NCBI GenBank assembly: GCA_964604995.1
Contig: CAZSAD010000006.1
Location: forward strand, 1-59,768
Length of the DNA: 59,768 bases
Reading direction: 5' to 3'
From: an uncultured Methanosarcinales archaeon
GTDB lineage: Archaea; Nanobdellota; Nanobdellia; Woesearchaeales; JABMPP01
Every line of letters begins with the position of its first letter. Position 1 is the first letter of the stretch. A program made the position numbers and the translations under genes. Under the pieces are notes generated by a model. It did not search any database. It was not told where the DNA came from and worked only from the letters and a program-made list of their open reading frames with translations. Shown one piece after another: positions 10,407 to 19,769 of this stretch.

Positions 10407-11477
10407 TTATTTTAAACCGTAATATTCTATTAATGCATTGTAAATTGATTTTGCAACTTTATTTGGATCTGTTAAAAGTGAAGATTGTGGAAATTCAATA
10501 TTGCCCAACTCTAAACTAACTGCTAATTGAGATTTACTTGCTAAAAGCAATTTGTCTTGATCATCGGCAATTATTGGACTTAATGATGTAATTTGAAAAT
10601 CATTTACTAAAATGGAATTTAATATTATACAACCAAGTTTTTCGTTCTTTTTTATTGTTGTTGTATCGGACTTGTCGTGCTTTGGTATTTTTGCTAAAAT
10701 TGGATTTTTATCTGGAGGGGGATTTCCAACAGAAACAGTGATAAGAATATCATAATTTGTATCTTTAATTATTTGTTCCCTTTCGTCCAAGGTTAATTGT
10801 TCAGTTTCGCCCAAATCATTTTCTAAATCCCGTGTTGATAAGAATTGAAACTTTGAAGATGTATCTAAATTTTTTAATGATAATAAAATTTGTCTTGCGA
10901 CTTCTTTTTCTTGTATTAAATCTTCAGCTCCAACTTTTCCTGTTTCTTTGCCACCAAATACTGGATTTAATAAGATAACAGGTTTTTTATCTGGGGGAAT
11001 AATGGTATTAATATTTAGATTGCATTCTAATTTTGCAGTTGAACCACAAGACTGTGTACCAACTGCAACTTTTCCTGCTATGTTGCATATTTGAATGCTT
11101 TTTGGAGATCTAGCTTCACCATTTAGAATACTATTTGATTTAAGATCATCGGCATACCAATAAAAAATATATTGACTAGATCCGGGCTCTACCACATTTA
11201 CATATTGTTCTTGAAACAAGAAATTATAATTTGGGAGGTTTACTTTTTCATGTGTGTAACTAAATTCAATATTTCCTGGAGAAGAATATGCAGTTTGAAC
11301 TAAAAGTGCAAGATCTCTTGATAAATAATTTTTTTCAAGCAGTGGATTTTGCCCAACTGATTGAAGATAGGACATTAATCCAAAAGCGTAAAGTAATATA
11401 AATACACCCTGAGATATCTGCCAGAGCATCTGGTCTTGAGCTTCCGCTCTTTTAGACGAAAATAACCCTCTTTTCAT
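10407..11477 (-). CDS. Pilin-like protein with a degenerate N-acetylmuramoyl-L-alanine amidase (Amidase_3-like) domain
   Basis: SKRA|EAQDQMLWQISQGVFILLYAFGL. Amidase_3 pattern ILLNPVFGGKETG..IQEKEV..STRD..LTLDERE..DILITV..AVSLELGNI. ATG at 11477 is preferred because it lies ~25 nt below a TTTAAA box. Confidence 0.75.
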   Translation of the reverse strand: MKRGLFSSKRAEAQDQMLWQISQGVFILLYAFGLMSYLQSVGQNPLLEKNYLSRDLALLVQTAYSSPGNIEFSYTHEKVNLPNYNFLFQEQYVNVVEPGSSQYIFYWYADDLKSNSILNGEARSPKSIQICNIAGKVAVGTQSCGSTAKLECNLNINTIIPPDKKPVILLNPVFGGKETGKVGAEDLIQEKEVARQILLSLKNLDTSSKFQFLSTRDLENDLGETEQLTLDEREQIIKDTNYDILITVSVGNPPPDKNPILAKIPKHDKSDTTTIKKNEKLGCIILNSILVNDFQITSLSPIIADDQDKLLLASKSQLAVSLELGNIEFPQSSLLTDPNKVAKSIYNALIEYYGLK

Positions 11478-11600
11478 AGGTAGCAATTACTTATATGCCT
11501 TTAAATAATTTTTGCTGGAATTGATTAAAAGTTAGTTAGAATTAAGTTAAATTTTGCAATTTATTATTTGAGGATTATTATTTAATTTTATTATTAGTTT

Positions 11601-13754
11601 TTATTGCGTTACTAGATAGTATTTATCATCTTTTTTGTAAAAAGAGAATTTGGAATTGGGACTAAAATATATTGCTTCTGAAATACCAGATGTTAAAGAT
11701 AATGGAGGAATGTTATCTAATACCAATTGCCCTGATAGCTCTTTTTCGCCAATAATAAATCCTTCACGGTACAAAGTTAAAAGTAGAGTATTTTCATCTT
11801 TAGTTCTAATTGAAATTGTGTAAAGTGAAGACATGGGATTTTCATTAAATTTACAATCTGTTTTTGCTACTTGTTCCATGCAAGTAAACAACTCCATTAT
11901 TTTATTTAATGCAGTTTGGTCAGATTGTTTTGATGCTTTATAACTACACATTGTTCCAGATATCATAACTGGCGTTCCAGCACTACTTTTTACTAAACAT
12001 AAAGATTTATCATTAGAAATAAAAAATGTAGGGATTAGAGTATGTTCATTTGGATTATTATTTTCTTCAAGTGACGTTGAAAAATAATCAATATTATTTT
12101 TTACACCAAAACTATCTAGATAACAAAGAGGAGTATTAACTAAAAAAGTAGATTGCTTAGTAATTTTATTATCTTTATCCACCAAAGTTATTCTATTTGT
12201 ATCTTTATTTATATAAATTGTATACTCTGGTGGAAAACTTTTGTCATTTAATAAATCATTTTCAAAACTGTGTATAGCAATTAAACATCCTTGATTATTT
12301 TTGTCTTCGAAATTTGAATTACTATAAAATTTATATGCACTATTAAATTCATCGAAAATACCAATTGCTTTTTGATTAGTTGTTTTTTCGTCTTTTGCAA
12401 AAGTATCTAAACATTTTTCAGTAATTGGTAATTTTTTGTCAGACAGTTTTATTTTGTTATCTACTTTGTAAAAAAATAAATTATTATTTCCTTTAATTTC
12501 AAAATCGTAAACTTGTGCTGAAAATTTTTTATAGTCATAAAAATAAGAAATTTCATTTGTATTTGTTGCGAATGATAAACTAGAGGTTAAATCTTTATTT
12601 TTTATTTCAGTTTTTTGATTATTGGAATCTAAAGAATATAAAAATATTTTTTCACCATCTAAAATTGAAAGTGTAATACCTGCGGGTAAATTTAGGTTTA
12701 TTGAATCTCCAATAAAACAAGGATTCTCAATAACTTTTGCAGTTTTTGCACTATAAGTTTGTTTTCCACGATAACTTTGTGCATTGTCATATGATTTTAT
12801 AAATTTATCAAATTGTGCAATTGCTTGCAAAGAGTTGTATCTTTGATAGGTATAATCAGTATCTCTTCCAAGATACACTTGTATTTCTGGTTCATTTTTA
12901 TCATTGAATCTTGTAAATTTTTCAATATAAAGATTTTGTATACCCCACCCGATATTATTTTTTGAATCTGGATCTTTTGATGCACCATACATTTGTAAAA
13001 TATTGGATATAAACATTCTTTCCAAATTATATATTTTTTGATCAGTTCCTGGAGAGAGGATAATATTATATTCATTGATTAAATTTTTTTCAGTTATCAC
13101 ATCTTTCAAAAATTGATCTTTCAAATCTTTAGTTATATAACTATTACCTAAAAACTTGCTTCCTGAATTTTTATTTATGTCACCATATGGTTGACTAAAC
13201 TGATTAACACTATCAAAGATAGTATAGCTAATAATTACATTATCAAGTTTTGCTTGATTTTCACTTATAATTTTTGTCAAATCACCTGATGAAGTAGGAT
13301 GAACTTGCAATAAACTTCGAAGCTCAGTACTATCCATTTTAATTAAAGCAAGACATGCTTTATCCTTACAGACTTTTGGTTTTAATATGCCTAAAATTCC
13401 AGGTTGAGGTTTATTCAAATCATATAGTTTACTTCCTGCATCGAATCCCGCAATAGAAAAACCATCTGGAATTGTAATTGGTTTTCCTTGAATTGCATAA
13501 AAATTTTCTTTTGAATTTATTACTTCTCTTACCCAATTATTAAGAGCATTGAAATTTCCCTTGGCTAATTCAGCTTTGGGATCTTTTGTAAAAGTGCCCA
13601 TTAGTTGTGAACCAAAATCTAAGAATACAAAAAAAATTATAACTGCAAGTATTAAGCCACCTAATTCAAGCATTACTCTAGAAGAGACTTCTGCTCTTTT
13701 TTTATTTACAATAATTGAATTAAGTTTATGTTTGTATTGTTTGTGTTTTACCAT
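11601..13754 (-). CDS. Large pilin-like protein (class III signal peptide), unknown domains
   Basis: NKKRA|EVSSRVMLELGGLILAVIIFFVFL; recurring F..F...Y..C segments suggest internal repeats. Confidence 0.7.
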   Translation of the reverse strand: MVKHKQYKHKLNSIIVNKKRAEVSSRVMLELGGLILAVIIFFVFLDFGSQLMGTFTKDPKAELAKGNFNALNNWVREVINSKENFYAIQGKPITIPDGFSIAGFDAGSKLYDLNKPQPGILGILKPKVCKDKACLALIKMDSTELRSLLQVHPTSSGDLTKIISENQAKLDNVIISYTIFDSVNQFSQPYGDINKNSGSKFLGNSYITKDLKDQFLKDVITEKNLINEYNIILSPGTDQKIYNLERMFISNILQMYGASKDPDSKNNIGWGIQNLYIEKFTRFNDKNEPEIQVYLGRDTDYTYQRYNSLQAIAQFDKFIKSYDNAQSYRGKQTYSAKTAKVIENPCFIGDSINLNLPAGITLSILDGEKIFLYSLDSNNQKTEIKNKDLTSSLSFATNTNEISYFYDYKKFSAQVYDFEIKGNNNLFFYKVDNKIKLSDKKLPITEKCLDTFAKDEKTTNQKAIGIFDEFNSAYKFYSNSNFEDKNNQGCLIAIHSFENDLLNDKSFPPEYTIYINKDTNRITLVDKDNKITKQSTFLVNTPLCYLDSFGVKNNIDYFSTSLEENNNPNEHTLIPTFFISNDKSLCLVKSSAGTPVMISGTMCSYKASKQSDQTALNKIMELFTCMEQVAKTDCKFNENPMSSLYTISIRTKDENTLLLTLYREGFIIGEKELSGQLVLDNIPPLSLTSGISEAIYFSPNSKFSFYKKDDKYYLVTQ

Positions 13755-13856
13755 GTTAATTATGTTGATTAGTGGATTAGTAAATTATTAAGTTTATTAG
13801 ATGTTTCTATTTTTTATTAAATAATTTTTATTAGATGTTTTTTAATTAATTATTAA

Positions 13857-14321
13857 CTAACCGCAATCAAATGTGCCTTTTTTGTCTTTTTTATTTTGGT
13901 ATGCATTTGTGCAACATTGTGTGACACTTGAAAGTGAATTTTTAACTTTTAAATTGCCTATACAATCGAATTTTTCTGCATTATTTGGCTGTGCATCACA
14001 ATTATCAGGCATGCCATCTACGTCGGTATCTTTGTTTTCTGTTTCTTTATTGTCACCCAAATCTAAACAAGGATCATATGCATCAATGCATTCATCATTA
14101 TCATCATCGATAAATTCCATTTTATTTTTTACATCATTAAAATAATTATGACATAATGTAACTTGTTTGTTTAAATCAGTTGATTTACTAAAAATTGATA
14201 GGGGATTACTTCCTTTTTCATAAAAAATCCAAAGAAAAACACCAATGCACACTAAACCCAAAAGCATCCAGGTAATTATACTTATTCCTTTTTTGTTGTT
14301 GATATTAAAAATTTGCTCCAT
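13857..14321 (-). CDS. Pilin-like protein with TSP3-like Ca-binding motif and Cys-rich tail
   Basis: NKKG|ISIITWMLLGLVCIGVFLWIF; DDDNDECIDAYDPC and DTDVDGMPDNCD. Confidence 0.75.
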   Translation of the reverse strand: MEQIFNINNKKGISIITWMLLGLVCIGVFLWIFYEKGSNPLSIFSKSTDLNKQVTLCHNYFNDVKNKMEFIDDDNDECIDAYDPCLDLGDNKETENKDTDVDGMPDNCDAQPNNAEKFDCIGNLKVKNSLSSVTQCCTNAYQNKKDKKGTFDCG

Positions 14322-14322
14322 T

Positions 14323-14592
14323 TTATTTATCCTCTTTTAGACAACAAACTAAAGTAGTGTCATCGCTATTCTGTGGACAGGTAGCTGAGTAAATTCTTCC
14401 GACAATACAATCTACTGGTTTTTTACATGCTCCATTTTGAGATTCACAAGTAGTATTGTTTTTAAAAAAATTTATTTTACCCATAAAAATAAAAATTAAA
14501 AGAATTATGATTATTATTGCTATAAGTAATCCAATTAGCATTTCCGTTGTAAGCTCTGCTTTTTTTGTTTTACTCAAAATAAAATTAACCAT
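14323..14592 (-). CDS. Small pilin with 6-Cys head
   Basis: KKA|ELTTEMLIGLLIAIIIIILLIFIFMGK; CESQNGAC..C..C..CC. Confidence 0.82.
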   Translation of the reverse strand: MVNFILSKTKKAELTTEMLIGLLIAIIIIILLIFIFMGKINFFKNNTTCESQNGACKKPVDCIVGRIYSATCPQNSDDTTLVCCLKEDK

Positions 14593-14647
14593 TTTTCAGT
14601 TTTAATATTTTTTTATCGATAAATTTTATCTTAAATTTATTCTAAGT

Positions 14648-15004
14648 TTATCCCAATACTTTACAGCAAACTCCCATCTGTGTTTTTAACTCTGAAGGGG
14701 AAGGACATGAACTAGTTTGAAATTTTATTGCGTTATCTTTTTGACATTTTGGGTCTGCTCTAACAGCATTACCCACTGAATCTCTTACATAGCCCCAATC
14801 TGCTTCTTGCACACAACTACTTGGAGAATTGCAATTATCTGGAGTATTATTTCCAAAAAATTTTACTTTGCCGCTTAGAATTGCAATAAATATTACAAGA
14901 ACAACAATTCCTAAAGCTATAAAGATTAGCATTGTGACTGATATTTCCCCTTTATTATGTTTGATTTTGTTGTTTTTGGTTTTATTGTTTTTAGTTAAAC
15001 CCAT
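14648..15004 (-). CDS. Small pilin with 6-Cys head
   Basis: NKG|EISVTMLIFIALGIVVLVIFIAILSGK; six Cys ending CC; SD GAGGTG. Confidence 0.82.
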   Translation of the reverse strand: MGLTKNNKTKNNKIKHNKGEISVTMLIFIALGIVVLVIFIAILSGKVKFFGNNTPDNCNSPSSCVQEADWGYVRDSVGNAVRADPKCQKDNAIKFQTSSCPSPSELKTQMGVCCKVLG

Positions 15005-15061
15005 CTAAAGCACCTCAATTTTTTGTTTGTTTACATTTAGTTGTTCATATTTATTAGTTGT

Positions 15062-16414
15062 TTATGAAGTTAAAGTTACATCTTTTCCTTCAATACAAAT
15101 ATCATCTTCACTGCATTTTTTTGAACAAGAAATTATTCCTTGATCGCATAAATAATCGCAATTAATTATATAATCTTTTATCTTGCCCTTATCTTTATCA
15201 CCAATTATTGTTGTAGTATACCATGAATTTGGATAAGTTTCTTTGAACCAGTTTAAATTTGCAATTGCCTGGCAAAAATCGTTTTTATCTCGTAATAGAT
15301 TAGAGAGTATATATTTGAATGTGTCATCTGATTTAAAGACGACATCTTCAATGTATTTTCTATTAGGAGCTTGAACTGATAAATCAGGATAATTCTTAAT
15401 AAAAGTACTTACGTGATAATCATATTCCTTGAATTTATGCATAGCGTAAAGTATTGATACTCTTCTTTCGTCAAAACTTAGTGTTTCAGATTTTCCGATG
15501 CTAAAGGATGACCATGCTAAATTTTCTTTTGCAGTCATTGATTCAATATTATCTGCCCTTGTAACTAACTTTTCATAAATTTCTTTTGATGCTTGATAAT
15601 TTCCAGAACCCATATAATAAGTTCCTAAGAATAGTTCTGATTGAATTGCATAAGGTAAAATTGTTTGATCAGTTGTATCTTTTATTGAATCATAATAAGA
15701 TTTCAAAGCAGCTATGGCATCATTTAAATTTTTAACAACTTCAGGCTTACTTTGATCCAATGTAACATAGTATCTTATTTTAGAAAGGTATAACAAAAAT
15801 TCGTATGCTTTTTGTTCTTTATCATAATTTACTTTTTTTAGTTCCTCACTAAGAAAAATTGTTTTTTCATATTGACCAATTTCAAAATTTATTTTTGCTA
15901 GCATAAATGTTGAATGCAATTCAAATTCAGTATTTTCACCTTTGTGTTTTTCATAGTACCTATTAAAAAAATACATTGCAAAATTTTTGTTGTTGTTTTC
16001 AAAAAGTAAATCTGATAAATCAATTAAATTTACATCTGTAAAAATAAATTTTTCTAGTTCTTTTTTAGCAGATTTATCATCAGGATTATTAGAAGGAATA
16101 TAACAAGAAGAGTATTGTAAAAATGTGTCAACTGCTTCTTTTTGTTTTTGCTTTTTTTCAGCTAATTGTTCATTTGTTGTAAGCAATCTTGCATTATCTA
16201 AAGATTTGGAGATTTTAGCAGAAAACTCTTTTGCAAAAAGACCTGCTTTTTCACAGTCACTTACAACCAATCCAGGTGATGCAAAAAAATATTTGTATAT
16301 TCCAAATCCCACTATTAATATCAAAACTACAAATGCAATTATTTTGATAGTTGGAGAGACTATTGTTTCAAAAATAAATCCGCCTTGCCCTTTTTTATTT
16401 TTTATTAAACCCAT
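15062..16414 (-). CDS. Pilin-like protein with TPR repeats
   Basis: NKKG|QGGFIFE followed by a hydrophobic helix; TPR-like LAKINFEIGQYEKTI and LGTYYMGSGNYQASKEIYEKL; FKETYPNS. Confidence 0.75.
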   Translation of the reverse strand: MGLIKNKKGQGGFIFETIVSPTIKIIAFVVLILIVGFGIYKYFFASPGLVVSDCEKAGLFAKEFSAKISKSLDNARLLTTNEQLAEKKQKQKEAVDTFLQYSSCYIPSNNPDDKSAKKELEKFIFTDVNLIDLSDLLFENNNKNFAMYFFNRYYEKHKGENTEFELHSTFMLAKINFEIGQYEKTIFLSEELKKVNYDKEQKAYEFLLYLSKIRYYVTLDQSKPEVVKNLNDAIAALKSYYDSIKDTTDQTILPYAIQSELFLGTYYMGSGNYQASKEIYEKLVTRADNIESMTAKENLAWSSFSIGKSETLSFDERRVSILYAMHKFKEYDYHVSTFIKNYPDLSVQAPNRKYIEDVVFKSDDTFKYILSNLLRDKNDFCQAIANLNWFKETYPNSWYTTTIIGDKDKGKIKDYIINCDYLCDQGIISCSKKCSEDDICIEGKDVTLTS

Positions 16415-16515
16415 ATTTTAAACCTGATTTAAAATTTAAAAATTTGATTTGTATTTTATTTATGTGTTAATTTTTGTATTTTCTGTATTTTGTATTTGTA
16501 TTGTTTATTTGAATA

Positions 16516-16671
16516 TTATTTACGAAACCCTAGGAATGATAAGACATTATTACTTTGAGGAAGATATTTAAGCGCAATGTATAGAAGAATTATACCTGCA
16601 ATTAATAATCCAAGTAATAAAGGCAACAATTGGTCCCACATAGCTTTTTTAGTCAGTTTTGATGTTTTCAT
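16516..16671 (-). CDS. 51-aa micro-pilin (not in the ORF track)
   Basis: MKTSKLTKKA|MWDQLLPLLLGLLIAGIILLYIALKYLPQSNNVLSFLGFRK*; a TTTATA box lies ~25 nt upstream. Confidence 0.75.
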   Translation of the reverse strand: MKTSKLTKKAMWDQLLPLLLGLLIAGIILLYIALKYLPQSNNVLSFLGFRK

Positions 16672-16796
16672 AATTCAATTTATGTTCATTTGGTATAAAT
16701 GTTTTTTGATTTTAAGAGAAGGTATTTTTAGAAAAGGAGGTTGCAAATAGATATATCTTATAGATTTATAAATTAAGTATTTTTAATAGAACTTAC

Positions 16797-17675
16797 TTAT
16801 TTTGCAGTTGATGATTTAACTTGTGAAGCAGGTAGTTCCATGCATCCCAATTCCCTTAGAGCTGTTGAGTTGTAAGGAATAAGAGTTATTGCAGATTTCC
16901 AATCTTGATTAACATCTGATCCTGCATTATATCCAATCATGCCGCCACCTACTCCTCCACCAACAGTTAGCACTGCTACAATAATACTACTTCCGCCAGT
17001 AAGAGGTATTAAAACAACACCAGTTATAAGGCCAGCTAATGTGCCAATGCCAATACCAATTTCTGTATTTTCAAGTTTTCCAACATAATTTTTTCTAAGA
17101 TATGTAAATATAGTAGTGTATTGGTATTTTGTTTCTATGTTGTAGGAAATTGTGTCAATATTAGAGGAATAGCCATTTAATTCGTCTTGATTAGTTGTAT
17201 AACCTGCAAGGAAATTTTCGTAGGTTATATTCATGCCTTCAATATAAGTATTATGTAAATAAGTTTTAAATTCTGGCAAAGGAATTGTCATATTTTTATC
17301 AAATTTGATGATATTGCAAATAATGCAGTATTGCGTTACACCTTCGCCGCCGAATAGTTCATATTTACCTTGCCAAAATTGATCATAACAATCATACATA
17401 CTATTTGCAAGTTTATATTCTACAACTGATTTTTCTTTATCTGAAATTGTGAGGTTTATTGTTGGACAATTTATATCATCTGTAAATTTCATACCTGGAA
17501 TTTTTGAAAGATGCGCTTTATAGACGCTTGCTTTGCAAATATCTTTAGGATTTTTGGATTCTTGCCATTTGAATAACTTATCTTGAAAAACAAAACCAAC
17601 TGCCATAAATATTATGATTAAAATTATTGCAATCAATGCTTTTTCGCTGAATTGTGATTTTTTATTAAGGTACAT
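16797..17675 (-). CDS. Pilin-like protein with a glycine-zipper hydrophobic hairpin
   Basis: NKKS|QFSEKALIAIILIIIFMAVGF; GIGIGTLAGLITGVVLIPLTGGSSIIVAVLTVGGGVGGGMIG; paralogue of 17791-18711. Confidence 0.8.
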   Translation of the reverse strand: MYLNKKSQFSEKALIAIILIIIFMAVGFVFQDKLFKWQESKNPKDICKASVYKAHLSKIPGMKFTDDINCPTINLTISDKEKSVVEYKLANSMYDCYDQFWQGKYELFGGEGVTQYCIICNIIKFDKNMTIPLPEFKTYLHNTYIEGMNITYENFLAGYTTNQDELNGYSSNIDTISYNIETKYQYTTIFTYLRKNYVGKLENTEIGIGIGTLAGLITGVVLIPLTGGSSIIVAVLTVGGGVGGGMIGYNAGSDVNQDWKSAITLIPYNSTALRELGCMELPASQVKSSTAK

Positions 17676-17790
17676 TTTGATAAGTGTTTTAATTTGATTG
17701 TTTTAATTATAATGTTAGATGATAATTAATCAAATGATAATTAATTTATTACTGATTTATTATTAATGATTATTGATTTATTATTAATGA

Positions 17791-18711
17791 TTATTGATAA
17801 ATCATATCGCATGCTAAATTTTCGCTATTTAATGTGTCAGATGGAACAAGCCATACTGCAGATTCATCTTCTCCTGAAAGACCCAGTACAAAACCACCTG
17901 TTCCGAATGCTACAAATCCTAAACCACAACCTACAATATTTCCAATTATTGGTATAAAACTTCCAGCAGCGCATCCACCAAGTGCACCACCTACACCAAG
18001 AACACTTGATGTTAAAAGTCCAGGTTTATTGATTGTATAAACAACAGAATATTTTTTGTTTAAATCTATTTTTTGTATTACATTTTGCATATTAATATCT
18101 ACTGGCCATGTTGAATTTTGATTTGTTAAATAATTAATAAAATATTTTGAGCCATCTGGAACTTTATTTACATTTAAAAAGTTATAAAAATTATCAAGTG
18201 ATGTTTTACCACCATATTGTTTTGAATATGATTGCTTAAAATCGTCTGTAAATTCAACTTCATAGCAAATACTGCAAAATCTTTTTCCAGTACTAAACCA
18301 ACCAACATCAAAAGGTTGCATTTGACCTTGCCCCCATTGATACCAGCAAAGCCGCATTGCATTTGTTATTTCATACTTAGCACCAAAATCTGTACTGTTG
18401 TACCCTTTATTCATTACATTTTTTGATATTGTCAGTTGTCTTTTTGGACAGTCAATTGAAGCTACTTCAGGCGTTGGGATTTCAACACCTAAAACTTCTT
18501 TATTCAATAGTTTTCCCATTCTAAAATCGGAATTTTGAAGAACAGAAAGCCTGCAAGATTCAACTTCTTGAGATTCTTTAGCACCAATGCGAAAATTGTT
18601 GTACCAATAAAGAGAAATGGTAATAAACACAACTGCAATTATTATAAAAATGATTTCTGTTTGTGATTTTCTATTTTTGAAAAAAATTTTGGATATTGAA
18701 TTTTTTGACAT
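17791..18711 (-). CDS. Pilin-like protein with a glycine-zipper hydrophobic hairpin
   Basis: NRKS|QTEIIFIIIAVVFITISLY; GVGGALGGCAAGSFIPIIGNIVGCGLGFVAFGTGGFVLG; SD GGTGA. Confidence 0.8.
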   Translation of the reverse strand: MSKNSISKIFFKNRKSQTEIIFIIIAVVFITISLYWYNNFRIGAKESQEVESCRLSVLQNSDFRMGKLLNKEVLGVEIPTPEVASIDCPKRQLTISKNVMNKGYNSTDFGAKYEITNAMRLCWYQWGQGQMQPFDVGWFSTGKRFCSICYEVEFTDDFKQSYSKQYGGKTSLDNFYNFLNVNKVPDGSKYFINYLTNQNSTWPVDINMQNVIQKIDLNKKYSVVYTINKPGLLTSSVLGVGGALGGCAAGSFIPIIGNIVGCGLGFVAFGTGGFVLGLSGEDESAVWLVPSDTLNSENLACDMIYQ

Positions 18712-18741
18712 TGAATCACCAAAAGTTACCTTACATCAAAA

Positions 18742-18897
18742 TTATCTTGCATTGAACATATTATTTATAAAATAATGCCAGAGAATATATCCCAATACCA
18801 GCACTGCAACTAATATTAAGACCATGGATAGTGTTGAAATTTCATTTTCTTGCGCTTTTTTGTTTGAAAATAGAACTAATGCTTTCCTCTTTTTCAT
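18742..18897 (-). CDS. 51-aa micro-pilin (not in the ORF track)
   Basis: MKKRKALVLFSNKKA|QENEISTLSMVLILVAVLVLGYILWHYFINNMFNAR*; TTTTATATA lies ~25 nt upstream. Confidence 0.78.
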   Translation of the reverse strand: MKKRKALVLFSNKKAQENEISTLSMVLILVAVLVLGYILWHYFINNMFNAR

Positions 18898-19025
18898 AAA
18901 GCTAATATATTAGAAAATCTATATAAAAGTTGCGATTATGATATATTAATAATAAATAATGAAATATATTAAAAATAGGATATAACAATAATTGAGTTAA
19001 TAATATTGCAAATTGAAATTATAAA

Positions 19026-19328
19026 TTAATATTTGCAACAGAATTCTTGAGCACCGCAATCTGTCCATATACCTGCTGTTGCTGGTAGAACATTACCTGC
19101 TGTACCACATGCTACTGCACAATAACCTTGTTGAGTATTACAAACTCGTTTTTGTGCACTTTCTACATTGGAATTATATTCTTTACCGAATATATTAATT
19201 CTGCCAGTAAAGATTGCAATTAACACTATTAATACAATCAAACCAATTGCTGCTACAATTATAGTAGTTAAAGAAATATCTCCTTTTTTTGGGTGAAACA
19301 TTGATTTGTTAACCATTTTATTAACCAT
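19026..19328 (-). CDS. Small pilin with 6-Cys head
   Basis: PKKG|DISLTTIIVAAIGLIVLIVLIAIFTGR; CNTQQGYCAVAC..C..CC. Confidence 0.85.
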   Translation of the reverse strand: MVNKMVNKSMFHPKKGDISLTTIIVAAIGLIVLIVLIAIFTGRINIFGKEYNSNVESAQKRVCNTQQGYCAVACGTAGNVLPATAGIWTDCGAQEFCCKY

Positions 19329-19364
19329 TTTACCATCAAAAAAATAAAAAATTAATTTATAAAT

Positions 19365-19637
19365 TTAGCCTGCTTTAATGCAGCAAACTTGAGCTGTATC
19401 TGAGCAAGTCCATGTGCTATATTCTGTTGTAAAAGCATTATCTCCCGGAGTTGTACCAGAACCGCATCCATCAGTTTTAACAAAACATTTTCCGCCTTGG
19501 GCTACGCAATCTTTGCTTGTTGCACTAAATGTACCCATTCTTCCCATGAAAATAACGGATAGAATAACTAGTACTAGAAGAGCAACTGCTGCGACAATAA
19601 CAATATTGATTGAAATTCCTTGTGCCTTCTTATTCAT
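19365..19637 (-). CDS. Small pilin with 6-Cys head; candidate major pilin
   Basis: MNKKA|QGISINIVIVAAVALLVLVILSVIFMGR. SD GAGGTGA precedes ATG 19637, so the ORF-track GTG start lies inside the SD. It has its own promoter. Confidence 0.85.
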   Translation of the reverse strand: MNKKAQGISINIVIVAAVALLVLVILSVIFMGRMGTFSATSKDCVAQGGKCFVKTDGCGSGTTPGDNAFTTEYSTWTCSDTAQVCCIKAG

Positions 19638-19688
19638 TAAGCTCACCTCTTATGGGCTCACGTTGTATAGAGAGATTTTGGCATAAGT

Positions 19689-19706
19689 AATATTTAAATG
19701 TATCGG
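19689..19706 (-). promoter_or_regulatory. BRE-TATA promoter upstream of the candidate major pilin
   Basis: Minus strand reads CCGATACATTTAAATATT. Confidence 0.55.
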
Positions 19707-19769
19707 TGAGTTTTAAGTGAATAGAACAATTGAGTTTTATTAACTATTATTAATTATTGAGATATATTG

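Noticed and set aside
17753..17799. 22-bp tandem duplication at a gene end (similar 16-bp repeat at 22053-22090)
   Set aside because: Two-copy AT-rich slippage duplicates, not an array.
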